Origin: Ignavibacteriota bacterium | GTDB lineage: Bacteria > Bacteroidota > Ignavibacteria > UBA10030 > UBA6906 | Reading direction: 5' to 3' | Length of the DNA stretch: 64,000 nt | Assembly (NCBI GenBank): GCA_963801355.1 | Contig: CAWDEM010000004.1 | Span: 288,001 to 352,000 of the forward strand | Part shown: positions 54,152 through 63,636 of the stretch, one piece after another | How the letters are laid out: the number at the start of each line of letters is the position of its first letter | Numbering within the stretch: the first letter of the stretch is position 1 | Translations under genes and position numbers: made by a program | The notes under the pieces: model-generated | What the model saw: the letters and a program-made list of their open reading frames with translations, nothing else | What the model was told of the DNA's origin: nothing | Databases searched by the model: none

Positions 54152-55327
54152 ATGGATCTCCAACGTATTCAAGCAGCCCTGCGAGAGCGGGACTTCGGTG
54201 GCTGGCTCCTGTGCGATTTCCATCATCGCGACCACCTTGCGTACCGTGTCCTCGGGCTCCCTATGGAGCGGATGACCACCCGCAGGTGGTTCTATTATAT
54301 TCCGGCGCGTGGCACCCCGAAAAAACTGGTGCACAGCGTTGAAAAGGGGAAGCTTGACTCGTTGCCCGGATCTCTGCAGGTCTATCTTGCGTGGGAGCAG
54401 CTCCACGTTCTGTTGAAGAGAATGCTCGGTCCGAAGAAGACTCTGGCGATGCAATATTCGCCAAAGAACAACATCCCTGCGGTGTCGCTCGTCGATGCGG
54501 GCACCGTCGAACTTGTCCGCAGCTTCGGCCACAAAGTGGTTTCCTCCGCGGATCTCGTGCAGCTCTTTGAAGCCGTCATCGATGAGGAGGGCTATGCGTC
54601 GCATTGCGAAGCTGCCGTGCTGGTCGATCGAATCCGCGCCGAGGCCTTCACGCGGATCAGTGAGGGAGTACGGTTAGGGAACGGCGTGTCAGAGCTGGAG
54701 ATCACGCGGTTCATCATGGACCGCTTTGCGCAGGAAGGGCTGACGACCGCGGATGCGCCCATCGTGGGTACAAACGAACACCCGGCAGACCCGCATTTTG
54801 AGTCCACACCCGGCAACAACCGGCCGTTCAAACATGGCGACACCGTGTTGATCGACCTCTGGGCAAAGAAGAACGTCCCCCGGGCGATTTACTATGATAT
54901 CACCTGGGTGGGGTACATCGGCGATACACCATCTGCACAGTACCGGGAGATCTTCGATGTTGTGGTCAAAGCCCGCGACGCCGCAGTGGCTCTGGTGCAG
55001 AGCAAGTTTGCGAAGAAACAGCCTTGCTACGGGTGGCAGCTGGATGATGCCGCGCGTGCTGTCGTAAAGAAAGCCGGCTACGGCAGGTACTTCGTGCACC
55101 GCACGGGACACTCCATCGGTGAGGAAACTCACGGCAACGGCGGCAATATCGACAATCTGGAAACACGCGACGACCGGCTTCTGATGCCCGGCTGTTGCTT
55201 CTCAATCGAACCAGGGATCTATCTTGAGGGATCCATGGCCGCCCGGACCGAGGTGAATGTCTTTATCCGCCACGACGGTGTTCCCGTGGTGACCGGAGAG
55301 ATCCAACGCGAACTGGTGAGGATGTGA
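54152..55327 (+). CDS. M24 family (Xaa-Pro) metallopeptidase
   Basis: PH, IDLW, DITW, HRTGHSIG, SIEPGIY. Confidence 0.9.
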   Translation: MDLQRIQAALRERDFGGWLLCDFHHRDHLAYRVLGLPMERMTTRRWFYYIPARGTPKKLVHSVEKGKLDSLPGSLQVYLAWEQLHVLLKRMLGPKKTLAMQYSPKNNIPAVSLVDAGTVELVRSFGHKVVSSADLVQLFEAVIDEEGYASHCEAAVLVDRIRAEAFTRISEGVRLGNGVSELEITRFIMDRFAQEGLTTADAPIVGTNEHPADPHFESTPGNNRPFKHGDTVLIDLWAKKNVPRAIYYDITWVGYIGDTPSAQYREIFDVVVKARDAAVALVQSKFAKKQPCYGWQLDDAARAVVKKAGYGRYFVHRTGHSIGEETHGNGGNIDNLETRDDRLLMPGCCFSIEPGIYLEGSMAARTEVNVFIRHDGVPVVTGEIQRELVRM

Positions 55328-56601
55328 TGGCTTCCCAACTTCGTTTTTCCGATATCCGCACCGGTTTCCATCCCACGTTCTGGGTTGCCAACGGGATGGA
55401 GCTCTTCGAACGTCTTGCGTACTACGGTCAACAGATTGTCTTCATGATCTACCTCCGCAACAAGCTCGGGTTCACCGAGGCGGAGGCAGGCCAGCTTTCC
55501 GGCGTGTTTGGAGGTTTGATCTACCTCCTGCCGATTCTCGGGGGCACGCTCGCCGACAAATGGGGGTTTCGCCGCGCGTTCAACATTGCTTTTTCCATAC
55601 TGGCGCTTGGCTATTTCCTGATTGGCTCCCTCGGCATGGAAGCCTTTGCCGGAGTATACGGCGACATTTCGTTGTACTGGCTGTTGATGGCTTTTCTCGT
55701 GCTGACCGCATTCGGGGGATCGTTCATCAAACCTTCCGTTCTTGGCACAGTCGCGGTGACCACGAACGAAAAGACGAAATCCATCGGGTTTGCCATCTAT
55801 TACTGGCTCGTCAATGTCGGTGCCCTGCTGGGACCGACGATCGCGTTTCTTGTGCGGGACAGATTCGGCAACGAGTTTGTCTATATGGTCTCCACGGTCA
55901 GCTGCCTCGCAATGCTCATCGTCAACATGCTGCTGTACAAAGAAGTGCAGACAGTCACGACGGGTCCGCCGGAGTCGTTGGGGAAGAAGTTCAAGAACCT
56001 GGTCACCGTGCTGTTGAACTTCAAGTTCATGATCTTCCTCCTGATTTACTCGTTGTACTGGATTATTTTCTGGCAGGAATTCATCATCATACCGTATTAC
56101 ATCACGGACTACATTGACAAGGACGCCCCCTACGAAATCATCCAGTCATGGGCGGGGGCCGGGGCGATTATCCTCCTCCAGATTCCGGTCAACTGGTTGA
56201 CGAAGAACCTGCCCGTGCGGACCGCCATCTTGATAGGGTTCATCATGTCAAGTCTGATCTGGGTCATTATCGGCCTATCGCCGAGTATTCCTGCTATTTT
56301 CGCCGGCATTGTGGCGTTTTCGATCGGGGAAATGATCCAGGCGCCCAGGTATTATGAATACATCTCTACGATCGCCCCGCCGGGTCAGCAGGGGCTCTTT
56401 CAGGGGTATGCATTTCTTCCCATCGCCATCGCCAGGTTCGTCGGTGATCCAATAGGCGGATGGCTCTACCAGACATCAAAAGCAGCCGGCAAGCCGGAAA
56501 TGGTGTGGTTTGTGCTCATCGGCATTGGTGTCGGGGCGGCGATCCTTATGGCGATGTACAACCTGGTTGTCGGTCACGTCGAATCAACGGCACGCACATG
56601 A
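55327..56601 (+). CDS. MFS peptide transporter (POT-like)
   Basis: ELFERLAYYG (ExxER), GGTLADKWG, FIKP, YWLVNVG. Confidence 0.9.
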   Translation: MASQLRFSDIRTGFHPTFWVANGMELFERLAYYGQQIVFMIYLRNKLGFTEAEAGQLSGVFGGLIYLLPILGGTLADKWGFRRAFNIAFSILALGYFLIGSLGMEAFAGVYGDISLYWLLMAFLVLTAFGGSFIKPSVLGTVAVTTNEKTKSIGFAIYYWLVNVGALLGPTIAFLVRDRFGNEFVYMVSTVSCLAMLIVNMLLYKEVQTVTTGPPESLGKKFKNLVTVLLNFKFMIFLLIYSLYWIIFWQEFIIIPYYITDYIDKDAPYEIIQSWAGAGAIILLQIPVNWLTKNLPVRTAILIGFIMSSLIWVIIGLSPSIPAIFAGIVAFSIGEMIQAPRYYEYISTIAPPGQQGLFQGYAFLPIAIARFVGDPIGGWLYQTSKAAGKPEMVWFVLIGIGVGAAILMAMYNLVVGHVESTART

Positions 56602-57296
56602 GGGCATCATTCGTTATAGCGCTCCTTGTCGGTGTCCACTGCGCATTCGGTCAGCAGCGTTCCGGTGAGGAGATCCTCCGAAAGGCTGAAGAGAACTTTC
56701 ACGACATCCGGGATTACACGGTGTCGCTGGACATTGTCGCGGACATTGAACGAATGAACATACCGCCGATGCACGCAACAATGTACTTCAAGCAGCCCGA
56801 GAAAGTTCACTTCGATGCGAAGGGAGTTGTGTTTCTCCCGCGTGAGGGGATGGGTGTGCAATTCGGACAGCTGACGCACCGGTATGCGGTGGACAGCGTC
56901 ACACGCGAAGTGGTCGACGGCGCGGACATGTACCGGCTGGTGTTGCATCCGCGCGATGACAAGGCGGTCATACGACGCATGTTCATGTGGATCGATGGAA
57001 AACGATGGACGCCCGAGCGGCTTCTCATGCCGCGGTCCGATGGCCGCACCCTTGAAGCGCAGCTCACGTACGATCGGATCGATCACTTCTGGCTTCCATC
57101 GCGACTGGTGGTGACGTTTTCGGCACCCGAGAGAGACACGACAGCGGCGGCCCCGAGCACAAACCCGTTTGCCCGCGATCTTCCCGCAGCATCGCGCGGT
57201 AACACGCGCACCGGTACGGTGACGGTGAACTACACCGGCTACCGTGTCAACACCGATCTGCCCGACTCCCTCTTCGATGCGGATCAACGGAAGTAG
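56598..57296 (+). CDS. LolA-like periplasmic lipoprotein carrier/sorting protein
   Basis: Signal peptide, MYFKQPEK, VNTDLPDSLF. Confidence 0.75.
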   Translation: MRASFVIALLVGVHCAFGQQRSGEEILRKAEENFHDIRDYTVSLDIVADIERMNIPPMHATMYFKQPEKVHFDAKGVVFLPREGMGVQFGQLTHRYAVDSVTREVVDGADMYRLVLHPRDDKAVIRRMFMWIDGKRWTPERLLMPRSDGRTLEAQLTYDRIDHFWLPSRLVVTFSAPERDTTAAAPSTNPFARDLPAASRGNTRTGTVTVNYTGYRVNTDLPDSLFDADQRK

Positions 57297-57326
57297 TCGT
57301 GATCCGCTTCCGGTGACGTAGTTGTG

Positions 57327-57355
57327 TTGATGTTGGGACGGGTTTTTCGTACCAT
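57327..57355 (+). promoter_or_regulatory. Putative sigma70 promoter for nrdJ
   Basis: TTGATG-17-TACCAT. Confidence 0.5.
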
Positions 57356-57402
57356 GAGTGCCCGGCAGCCTCTGCCGCCGTTTCCTGCCTTGTCCGTCCA
57401 CT

Positions 57403-57431
57403 GGAAGCAACTGAAGGAAGCAACTGAAGGA
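57403..57431 (+). repeat. 13-bp tandem duplication in the nrdJ ribosome-binding region
   Basis: GGAAGCAACTGAA x2 plus GGA. Confidence 0.85.
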
Positions 57432-57439
57432 GACCCGCA

Positions 57440-59968
57440 ATGGTGCTTCAAGAAATGTTTGTGAAGAAAGGGAAGACCGTTCTGCGGATCGGTGAAGAGC
57501 GCACGGCGGCATACGAACGGCTCTACGCTGATCTGGCCGGCCGGATCGACCGCGGAGAGCTCCCCAGTCACAGCGATTATCTCGGCGGCAACGAGCTTGC
57601 AGTGAATATTTACAGGAAGAAGTATTATCTCAAAGACGTCGAGGGGGCAGTGGTAGAGCGCCGCCCCGAGGATGTCTTCGTCCGGCTCGCCTCGTTTCTC
57701 GCATCGAACGAGGCGGACGATGTCCGGCGCACGCGGTGGGCGGAGCGATTCTACCGCATGCTCTACGACGGACGCTTCATCCCTGGCGGGCGGGTTCTTG
57801 CGGGTGCAGGCGATCTCTACCGTCTGAAAACGCTGGCGAATTGCTTTGTGACGAAGATCCAGGTGGACAACATCGAATCGATCTACAATGCTGCGTATGA
57901 ATGCGCTCGCACGTATTCGTACGGCGGGGGCATCGGCGTAGACATCAGCAGCCTCCGGCCGCGGGACTCCGTGGTGCACAACGCCGCCGATAAGTCCACC
58001 GGTGCGGTTTCGTTCATGGAACTCTTCTCCATGACGACCGGTTTGGTCGGGCAGAGCGGCCGCCGCGGGGCGCTCATGTTGACCATTGACGTGAAGCATC
58101 CGGACATCCTCGATTTTATCCGCGTGAAGAAGGTCTCCAATTGGGTGACAAAACAGATTTCCGAACAATGCCAATGGTCGGGATTATTTGATGCGGGGCA
58201 GCTCAAGGAGATTGAGCGACAGGTGCGGGAAAACACGCAGGTACGATTCGGCAATATCAGTATCAAGGTCAGTGACGAATTCATGCAGGCGGTGGACGAA
58301 CAGACCCGGTATGGCACCTCGACCATACTGGTCTACCGCAAATTCTCCCGTCCCACAATCCGGACAGCCGCGCAGACGGCGGAGCGTCATTATTCGTACG
58401 GGATCCCTGCGAAGGATATCGGGACATATGAATTCGCCGGGGATTTCAGCGGGTGCGAGACACTCAACGCGTGGCTGGAAAAGCAGGGCGGTGTGGCTGT
58501 GCGTGAGGAGGATCTCGCGGATGCGTCCCAGCGGGATGTCTTCGGGGATTTTGTCGTCGAACAGCCGCACCAGGGGTATGACCTTGCTCTGCGCCGCGCC
58601 GGTGACTTCCTTCTGTATTATGCATCCGAAGAGACAGGTGACATTCGGCACCTTCTGAAAGCGCGCGAGATCTGGGACGCATTCATTGAAGGGAATTACC
58701 ATACAGCGGAGCCGGGATTGATCTTCTGGACCGCCATGAGCAAGTACAGTCCGTCGAACTACGTCGGCCGTCCGATTTCCTGCACCAACCCCTGTGCTGA
58801 AGTGCCCCTGGAAGACGGCGGTGCCTGCAACCTTGGCTCGATAAACCTGAGCCGGTTCGTCACGGACGGGTACACGGGCCGTGCACGCGTGGAATGGGAT
58901 GAATTGTGGAGGGTTGCGCAGGATGCAGTGCGATTCCTTGATAACGTCGTGGAATGGAACGCACTCCTCAACCCGCTGGAGAAGCAACGCCGTGCGGCCG
59001 CTGAGACCCGCCGGCTGGGGCTGGGCGTGATGGGCATTGCCGACATGCTCAACCAGCTCGGTATGGCGTACGACTCCGATGAGGGCGTTGCCATGCTGGA
59101 GCGCGCAATGGAGACAATCGCCAATGCGGCATATCAATCGTCCGCACTCCTGGCCGGGGAGAAGGGCGCATCGCCCATCTATTCCTCCGCAGAGTACTCG
59201 CGCTGCCCGTTCTTCCAGGAAGCGCTGAGCGATGAGACCCGCGCCCTCATCACCACACACGGCATACGGAACATCGCCATACTCTCCATCGCGCCGACCG
59301 GCAGCATCTCCAATATTGTGCTGGGGTTCCAGCACGATGGAAAGAACTATATTGGAGTCTCGGGCGGAGTCGAACCGGTGTTTGCCCTCTACTATACACG
59401 CCGTTCGGAGTCATTTGGCAACCAGAAATTCCGGGTCTTCCACAGCACCGTGCAGGCATATCTCGATATGAAGGAGCTGACGGATGACGCGCAACACCGT
59501 TCTCTGGAAGAACTGCTGCCGGCACACTTCCATCGGACCGCGCACGTTGTCGCGCCCGATATGCGGGTAAAGATCCAGGCAGCCTGCCAGCGGTATGTCG
59601 ATCATTCGATCTCCTCGACCGTGAACCTGCCGGAAGATGTTGAGCCGGAGGTCATCTCACGAATCTATCTGCAGGCATGGAGGCACGGGCTGAAGGGGAT
59701 TACCGTGTACCGCGACGGCAGCCGCTCGCCGATCCTGTCCGTGGATGGCACGAGCACGCCTTTCCAGGAAGCAAAGAACAAGCGCTTCCGCCTCCGTCTG
59801 CCGCCGGGCGAGGGAGCCGAAGTCGCACGCGAAATCGAAGTGGGTGGGGACGAAGTAGTGCGGCTGCCCGATGGACGCCTGACAACCGTGTATCACCTGT
59901 TGCGGCGTAAAGAGCCGGTGCAGGATGCAACCCTTGGCGCTGCATCAACAATTGTACGACCGAACTGA
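57440..59968 (+). CDS. nrdJ: Adenosylcobalamin-dependent (class II) ribonucleotide reductase, catalytic subunit
   Basis: PGGRV, ANCFV, GGGIG, GRRGALM, AEPG, TNPCAE, CNLGSIN, IAPTGSIS, SSTVNLP, KGITVYRDGSR; no ATP cone. Confidence 0.93.
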   Translation: MVLQEMFVKKGKTVLRIGEERTAAYERLYADLAGRIDRGELPSHSDYLGGNELAVNIYRKKYYLKDVEGAVVERRPEDVFVRLASFLASNEADDVRRTRWAERFYRMLYDGRFIPGGRVLAGAGDLYRLKTLANCFVTKIQVDNIESIYNAAYECARTYSYGGGIGVDISSLRPRDSVVHNAADKSTGAVSFMELFSMTTGLVGQSGRRGALMLTIDVKHPDILDFIRVKKVSNWVTKQISEQCQWSGLFDAGQLKEIERQVRENTQVRFGNISIKVSDEFMQAVDEQTRYGTSTILVYRKFSRPTIRTAAQTAERHYSYGIPAKDIGTYEFAGDFSGCETLNAWLEKQGGVAVREEDLADASQRDVFGDFVVEQPHQGYDLALRRAGDFLLYYASEETGDIRHLLKAREIWDAFIEGNYHTAEPGLIFWTAMSKYSPSNYVGRPISCTNPCAEVPLEDGGACNLGSINLSRFVTDGYTGRARVEWDELWRVAQDAVRFLDNVVEWNALLNPLEKQRRAAAETRRLGLGVMGIADMLNQLGMAYDSDEGVAMLERAMETIANAAYQSSALLAGEKGASPIYSSAEYSRCPFFQEALSDETRALITTHGIRNIAILSIAPTGSISNIVLGFQHDGKNYIGVSGGVEPVFALYYTRRSESFGNQKFRVFHSTVQAYLDMKELTDDAQHRSLEELLPAHFHRTAHVVAPDMRVKIQAACQRYVDHSISSTVNLPEDVEPEVISRIYLQAWRHGLKGITVYRDGSRSPILSVDGTSTPFQEAKNKRFRLRLPPGEGAEVAREIEVGGDEVVRLPDGRLTTVYHLLRRKEPVQDATLGAASTIVRPN

Positions 59969-59996
59969 GTGTCACTCTCTTTCAGGAGTCTCTATC

Positions 59997-60608
59997 ATGA
60001 TCGTTCTTCCGGCAGTTCCCTCAGAGATTGAAGAAGTGACGCGCGAGAAGGCGCTTATCCCCGCACAGGAAACCCGAGAAACCCTGGTGAGCGTGCGTCC
60101 GGATGTGACCGAAGCACGCGTGTACCGGCTGCGCAGCGGCTTCGTGAACAACAGCGTGTTTGTCACGCTCGGCTATGTGCGTGAGAACGAGCGCAACCGT
60201 CCGATTGAGATCTTCATCAACAGCAAGGATCTGACCCGGGCCGCGGAGTACGCCGTGCTCACCCGTCTGATTTCGGCCATCTTCCGGAAGTCGACAGACC
60301 CGACCTTTATCCTTGAGGAATTGCGCGGCATCTATGATCCCAACGGCGGGTATTTCAAGGATGGGAAATACATCCATTCGTTCTATGCGGAAATCGCCAA
60401 GGTCATTGAACAATTTTTCGAAGACATCGGTGTGACGTCGGCGGGCGCTGTACAAACCGCCAGTGCAAAAATTGAGACCCGGCGCGGGGAAGATGCGACG
60501 AACCAGTTCAAGATCTGTCCGAAATGCGGCGACCGGTCGGTGAAAGTCGAGAACGGCTGCATGTCGTGCGTGAATGCGGAGTGCGGGTATAGCAAGTGTG
60601 ATGATTGA
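59997..60608 (+). CDS. Separate C-terminal RNR module (TSCPD / NrdJb-like) with Cys-rich tail
   Basis: RPIEIFINS, RLISAIFR, CPKCG...GCMSC...CGYSKC. Confidence 0.85.
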   Translation: MIVLPAVPSEIEEVTREKALIPAQETRETLVSVRPDVTEARVYRLRSGFVNNSVFVTLGYVRENERNRPIEIFINSKDLTRAAEYAVLTRLISAIFRKSTDPTFILEELRGIYDPNGGYFKDGKYIHSFYAEIAKVIEQFFEDIGVTSAGAVQTASAKIETRRGEDATNQFKICPKCGDRSVKVENGCMSCVNAECGYSKCDD

Positions 60609-60693
60609 GAAGGGCTGACAGCAAGTTTTTCCGCGTTGGTGCATCCTACCTTATAGAGCCAGAGTCCTCGGAACCAGAGCTTTCAGAAAAGCC

Positions 60694-61242
60694 ATGACCT
60701 ACCCGGACGATGCGGAACTTGTCGGGCGAAGCTGCAAGGGTGACAAAGAGGCGTTCTCGCTGCTCTACGCCAAGTACCAGCGACGCGTATTTGCCTTCTG
60801 CTACCGCCTGATGGGTCACCGTGAAGCCGCGGAGGATGCCGTGCAGACGTCGTTTCTGAAGGCGTACCAGTCTCTTGCCACGCTCGATGACCCCCGGCTC
60901 TTTTACTACTGGCTGTTCACCATTGCGCGCAATGAAGTGTTCTGCCACATCCGCAAGCGACGGGGAACCGGTGTCACGATATCCATCGATGAGGCGGAGG
61001 ATGTGTGGGATGGTGAGTCGCCTCACGAGAAGCTCGTCGACAAAGAGATGCTGGAGCTGGTGGAACGACTGATGGGACAGTTGAAAGCGGAGTATCGCGA
61101 GGCCTTGATCCTCCGGCAGTATGAATGCCTTTCCTATGCGGAGATTGCCGCGATCACGGGCGATTCCATTAGTGCCGTGGAATCAAGATTGTTCAAGGCG
61201 CGCAAGGCACTCGCGCAGCGGCTGGCACCGTTTGTCCGATGA
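60694..61242 (+). CDS. ECF sigma-70 family factor
   Basis: AEDAVQTSF, WLFTIARN, LSYAEIAAI...VESRLFKAR. Confidence 0.93.
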   Translation: MTYPDDAELVGRSCKGDKEAFSLLYAKYQRRVFAFCYRLMGHREAAEDAVQTSFLKAYQSLATLDDPRLFYYWLFTIARNEVFCHIRKRRGTGVTISIDEAEDVWDGESPHEKLVDKEMLELVERLMGQLKAEYREALILRQYECLSYAEIAAITGDSISAVESRLFKARKALAQRLAPFVR

Positions 61243-61268
61243 GAGGAAAATGTCCTGTGGAGGAAACA

Positions 61269-61682
61269 ATGGATTGCATGGGCTTTCAGCAGTTGATCAG
61301 CAGGTTGCGGGATGGGGAATTGCCGTCCGGTGAATCTGCCGGGGTCTTTCAGCATATCTCGGTGTGTGAAGATTGCCGGGACTTCTATCATGCGCTCCAG
61401 GCTCTCGAGTCTGCAATGGGCCGTATTGCCGATCGCGTCCCGCACGGCTCAAGGGTTCGTCCGCTCCCTCTTCCCGGCGCGTTCCGGGCGCAGAAGTGGT
61501 GGAATCAACAGGTGGCATTGCGCCTTCCTGTCCTGGCATTGCTGTTGTGTGCTTTTGCTGCGAGTCTGATCGTTTTGCTCCCCGGAAGCTCTCTGTTTCG
61601 CGAGCCACAGTCAATCTATGTGACAAAACTCCCGACGGTGGTTGTCGACGCAACGACGGCGCCACCCGAACCAATGCAATAA
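61269..61682 (+). CDS. Zinc-finger (zf-HC2) transmembrane anti-sigma factor
   Basis: HISVCEDC motif, one TM helix, short periplasmic tail. Confidence 0.85.
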   Translation: MDCMGFQQLISRLRDGELPSGESAGVFQHISVCEDCRDFYHALQALESAMGRIADRVPHGSRVRPLPLPGAFRAQKWWNQQVALRLPVLALLLCAFAASLIVLLPGSSLFREPQSIYVTKLPTVVVDATTAPPEPMQ

Positions 61683-61697
61683 TATCGGAGGTCTACA

Positions 61698-62495
61698 ATG
61701 CAAACACGAATAGCGGTGTGCGTAACCTCCCTGTCCCTGATGTGGATGGTGGGGTCGACAACGGGTGCAGCGCAGGATCCTTCAGAGCCGAGAGAATATG
61801 CGGAACTCTGCTGTCTCGAATGCGCGGCGTCTGCACCACAGGATCAGCCAGAGGTGAAGAAGCGTGTGAATCCCTGGTATCCGACAGTCTTGAAGGAAGC
61901 CGGTATGGAGGGAGAAGTCCGGCTGAAGGTGTTCATCGATGAGAAAGGAATGGTGGAAAAGGCCGAGCCAATCAATTCCACGCATCCGGGCTTAACCACA
62001 CAGCAATATACGTACTTCGTCCAGGCTTCGATCGAGGCGGTCAAACAGTGGGAATTCTCCCCGGCCATGAAGGATGGCAAAGCCATCAAGGCGGAGGTCA
62101 CGATACCGTTTAGATTCAAGCTCTCGGATGGTCCGCAGAAATCGAAAGATGAAGATCTCGTACGTCTCCAGCAGAGCGTGCATGATATCCTGGTCGGCGA
62201 GTCAGTACAAGGACTGAAGGACAAAATAAGCGCACAGGCGTACGCTGTCATTGGGAACAAACAGGAGCTCCTCATAGCACTCCTTTCCGACAAGGGGAAG
62301 AGAAACCTGCTGGTTGAAGGCAGTGACAGCAGGTTGGAGACGGCGCGTACGGTTGTCAGCGACGCAGGTGATATGGCGTACACCGTCCTTAAAACGCGGC
62401 CGGCGGCAGGGAAGGCTGACCGGTATCACACTGTGGTATTTATGAAATCTTCCGGCGGCACGTGGACCATTGCAGCGTGGCATGCCGGGTTGTAA
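61698..62495 (+). CDS. TonB C-terminal domain protein with an additional C-terminal domain
   Basis: PWYP...GMEGEVRLKVFIDEKG...WEFSPA...IPFRFKL. Confidence 0.85.
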   Translation: MQTRIAVCVTSLSLMWMVGSTTGAAQDPSEPREYAELCCLECAASAPQDQPEVKKRVNPWYPTVLKEAGMEGEVRLKVFIDEKGMVEKAEPINSTHPGLTTQQYTYFVQASIEAVKQWEFSPAMKDGKAIKAEVTIPFRFKLSDGPQKSKDEDLVRLQQSVHDILVGESVQGLKDKISAQAYAVIGNKQELLIALLSDKGKRNLLVEGSDSRLETARTVVSDAGDMAYTVLKTRPAAGKADRYHTVVFMKSSGGTWTIAAWHAGL

Positions 62496-62613
62496 ACGCA
62501 ATGTTGTCCCTGGACCTTTCGTGTGTTGTTCTTGGACTTGTCAGGGAATCCTCGTACCATTACGTGGAAGTCTCACGGAACTCCCAATCGGCTGCCTTGT
62601 TCTATTGTATACG

Positions 62614-63636
62614 ATGACTCCCATGATGCTCTTTGTTGTGCCACTGATGTGTCTGCTGGTTGTTGCGGCGGTTGCTCTGTATCCGCGTTCCGGACTGATC
62701 GCCCGATGGAGACGCAGGAATGCCGGCAAAACACGCTCCGCGGTGGAAGATGCGCTCAAGCACGCCTACGACTGCGAATACCGCGGCGTTGCCTGCACCA
62801 TTGAAAGCATCGCAGGCTCTCTTTCTCTCTCAACAGACGCCGCCGCCCGGCTTGTGTCGCGACTGAATGCCGCGGGTTTGCTCCTTCCGGACAAAGTCGC
62901 CCTTCGTCTTACCTCCGGAGGACGTGCCTATGCACTGAGAGTCATCCGCATCCACCGTCTCTGGGAACGGTACCTTGCGGATGAGACCGGCGTGCGTGAA
63001 GTGGACTGGCACCGGCAAGCCGAACAGCAAGAGCATCGTCTATCGTTGGAGGAAGCCGATGCACTCGCGGCCCAGCTGGGCAATCCGCAATTTGACCCTC
63101 ACGGTGATCCCATCCCCTCGGCGAAAGGGGACGTTCCCGAACAGCAGGGAGTACCGCTCACGACGCTGGGCCAGGGTGCATTCGCCGGCATCGTACATAT
63201 CGAGGACGAACCCCGCGAGGTGTACGCTCAGATTTCCGCGCTCGGATTCTATCCCGGCATGCAACTGCAGGTGCTGGAAGCGAATGCAGAACGCATACGG
63301 CTTGATGCCAACGGTGAAGAAGTGATCCTTGCGCCTCTGCTGGCCCGCACGATTACTGTGGCTCCTCTGGCGGAAGAACGCCGGGTGCACGGTCCCTTCA
63401 CGACACTGGCCTCGGTGAAGTCCGGGGAGGAAGTTCAGGTGACAAGTATCTCGCGTGCATGCCGCGGCCAGCAACGCCGTCGGATGATGGATCTTGGCAT
63501 CGTGCCGGGAACTGTTATCAGCCCCGAAATGGAGGGTTTTGCCGGCGATCCGATTGCATACCGTGTGCGTGGCGCCCTGGTGGCCCTGCGTCGCGAACAG
63601 GCGTCCCAGATTTTCGTCAGGAGCCGGGCGTCATGA
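62614..63636 (+). CDS. DtxR/MntR-family metal-dependent regulator with N-terminal TM helix and two FeoA domains
   Basis: [30 protein letters not shown], two FeoA-like repeats (LGFYPG; [10 protein letters not shown]...GDP...ALRR). Confidence 0.88.
   Translation: MTPMMLFVVPLMCLLVVAAVALYPRSGLIARWRRRNAGKTRSAVEDALKHAYDCEYRGVACTIESIAGSLSLSTDAAARLVSRLNAAGLLLPDKVALRLTSGGRAYALRVIRIHRLWERYLADETGVREVDWHRQAEQQEHRLSLEEADALAAQLGNPQFDPHGDPIPSAKGDVPEQQGVPLTTLGQGAFAGIVHIEDEPREVYAQISALGFYPGMQLQVLEANAERIRLDANGEEVILAPLLARTITVAPLAEERRVHGPFTTLASVKSGEEVQVTSISRACRGQQRRRMMDLGIVPGTVISPEMEGFAGDPIAYRVRGALVALRREQASQIFVRSRAS

Noticed and set aside
57297-57439. Cobalamin riboswitch or NrdR box upstream of nrdJ
   Set aside because: The predicted leader is only about 80 nt, with no B12-box core and no convincing NrdR consensus.
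58301-58600. Intein in nrdJ
   Set aside because: No Cys/Ser N-terminal block or His-Asn C-terminal splice motif is present. Kept as an insertion-domain finding instead.
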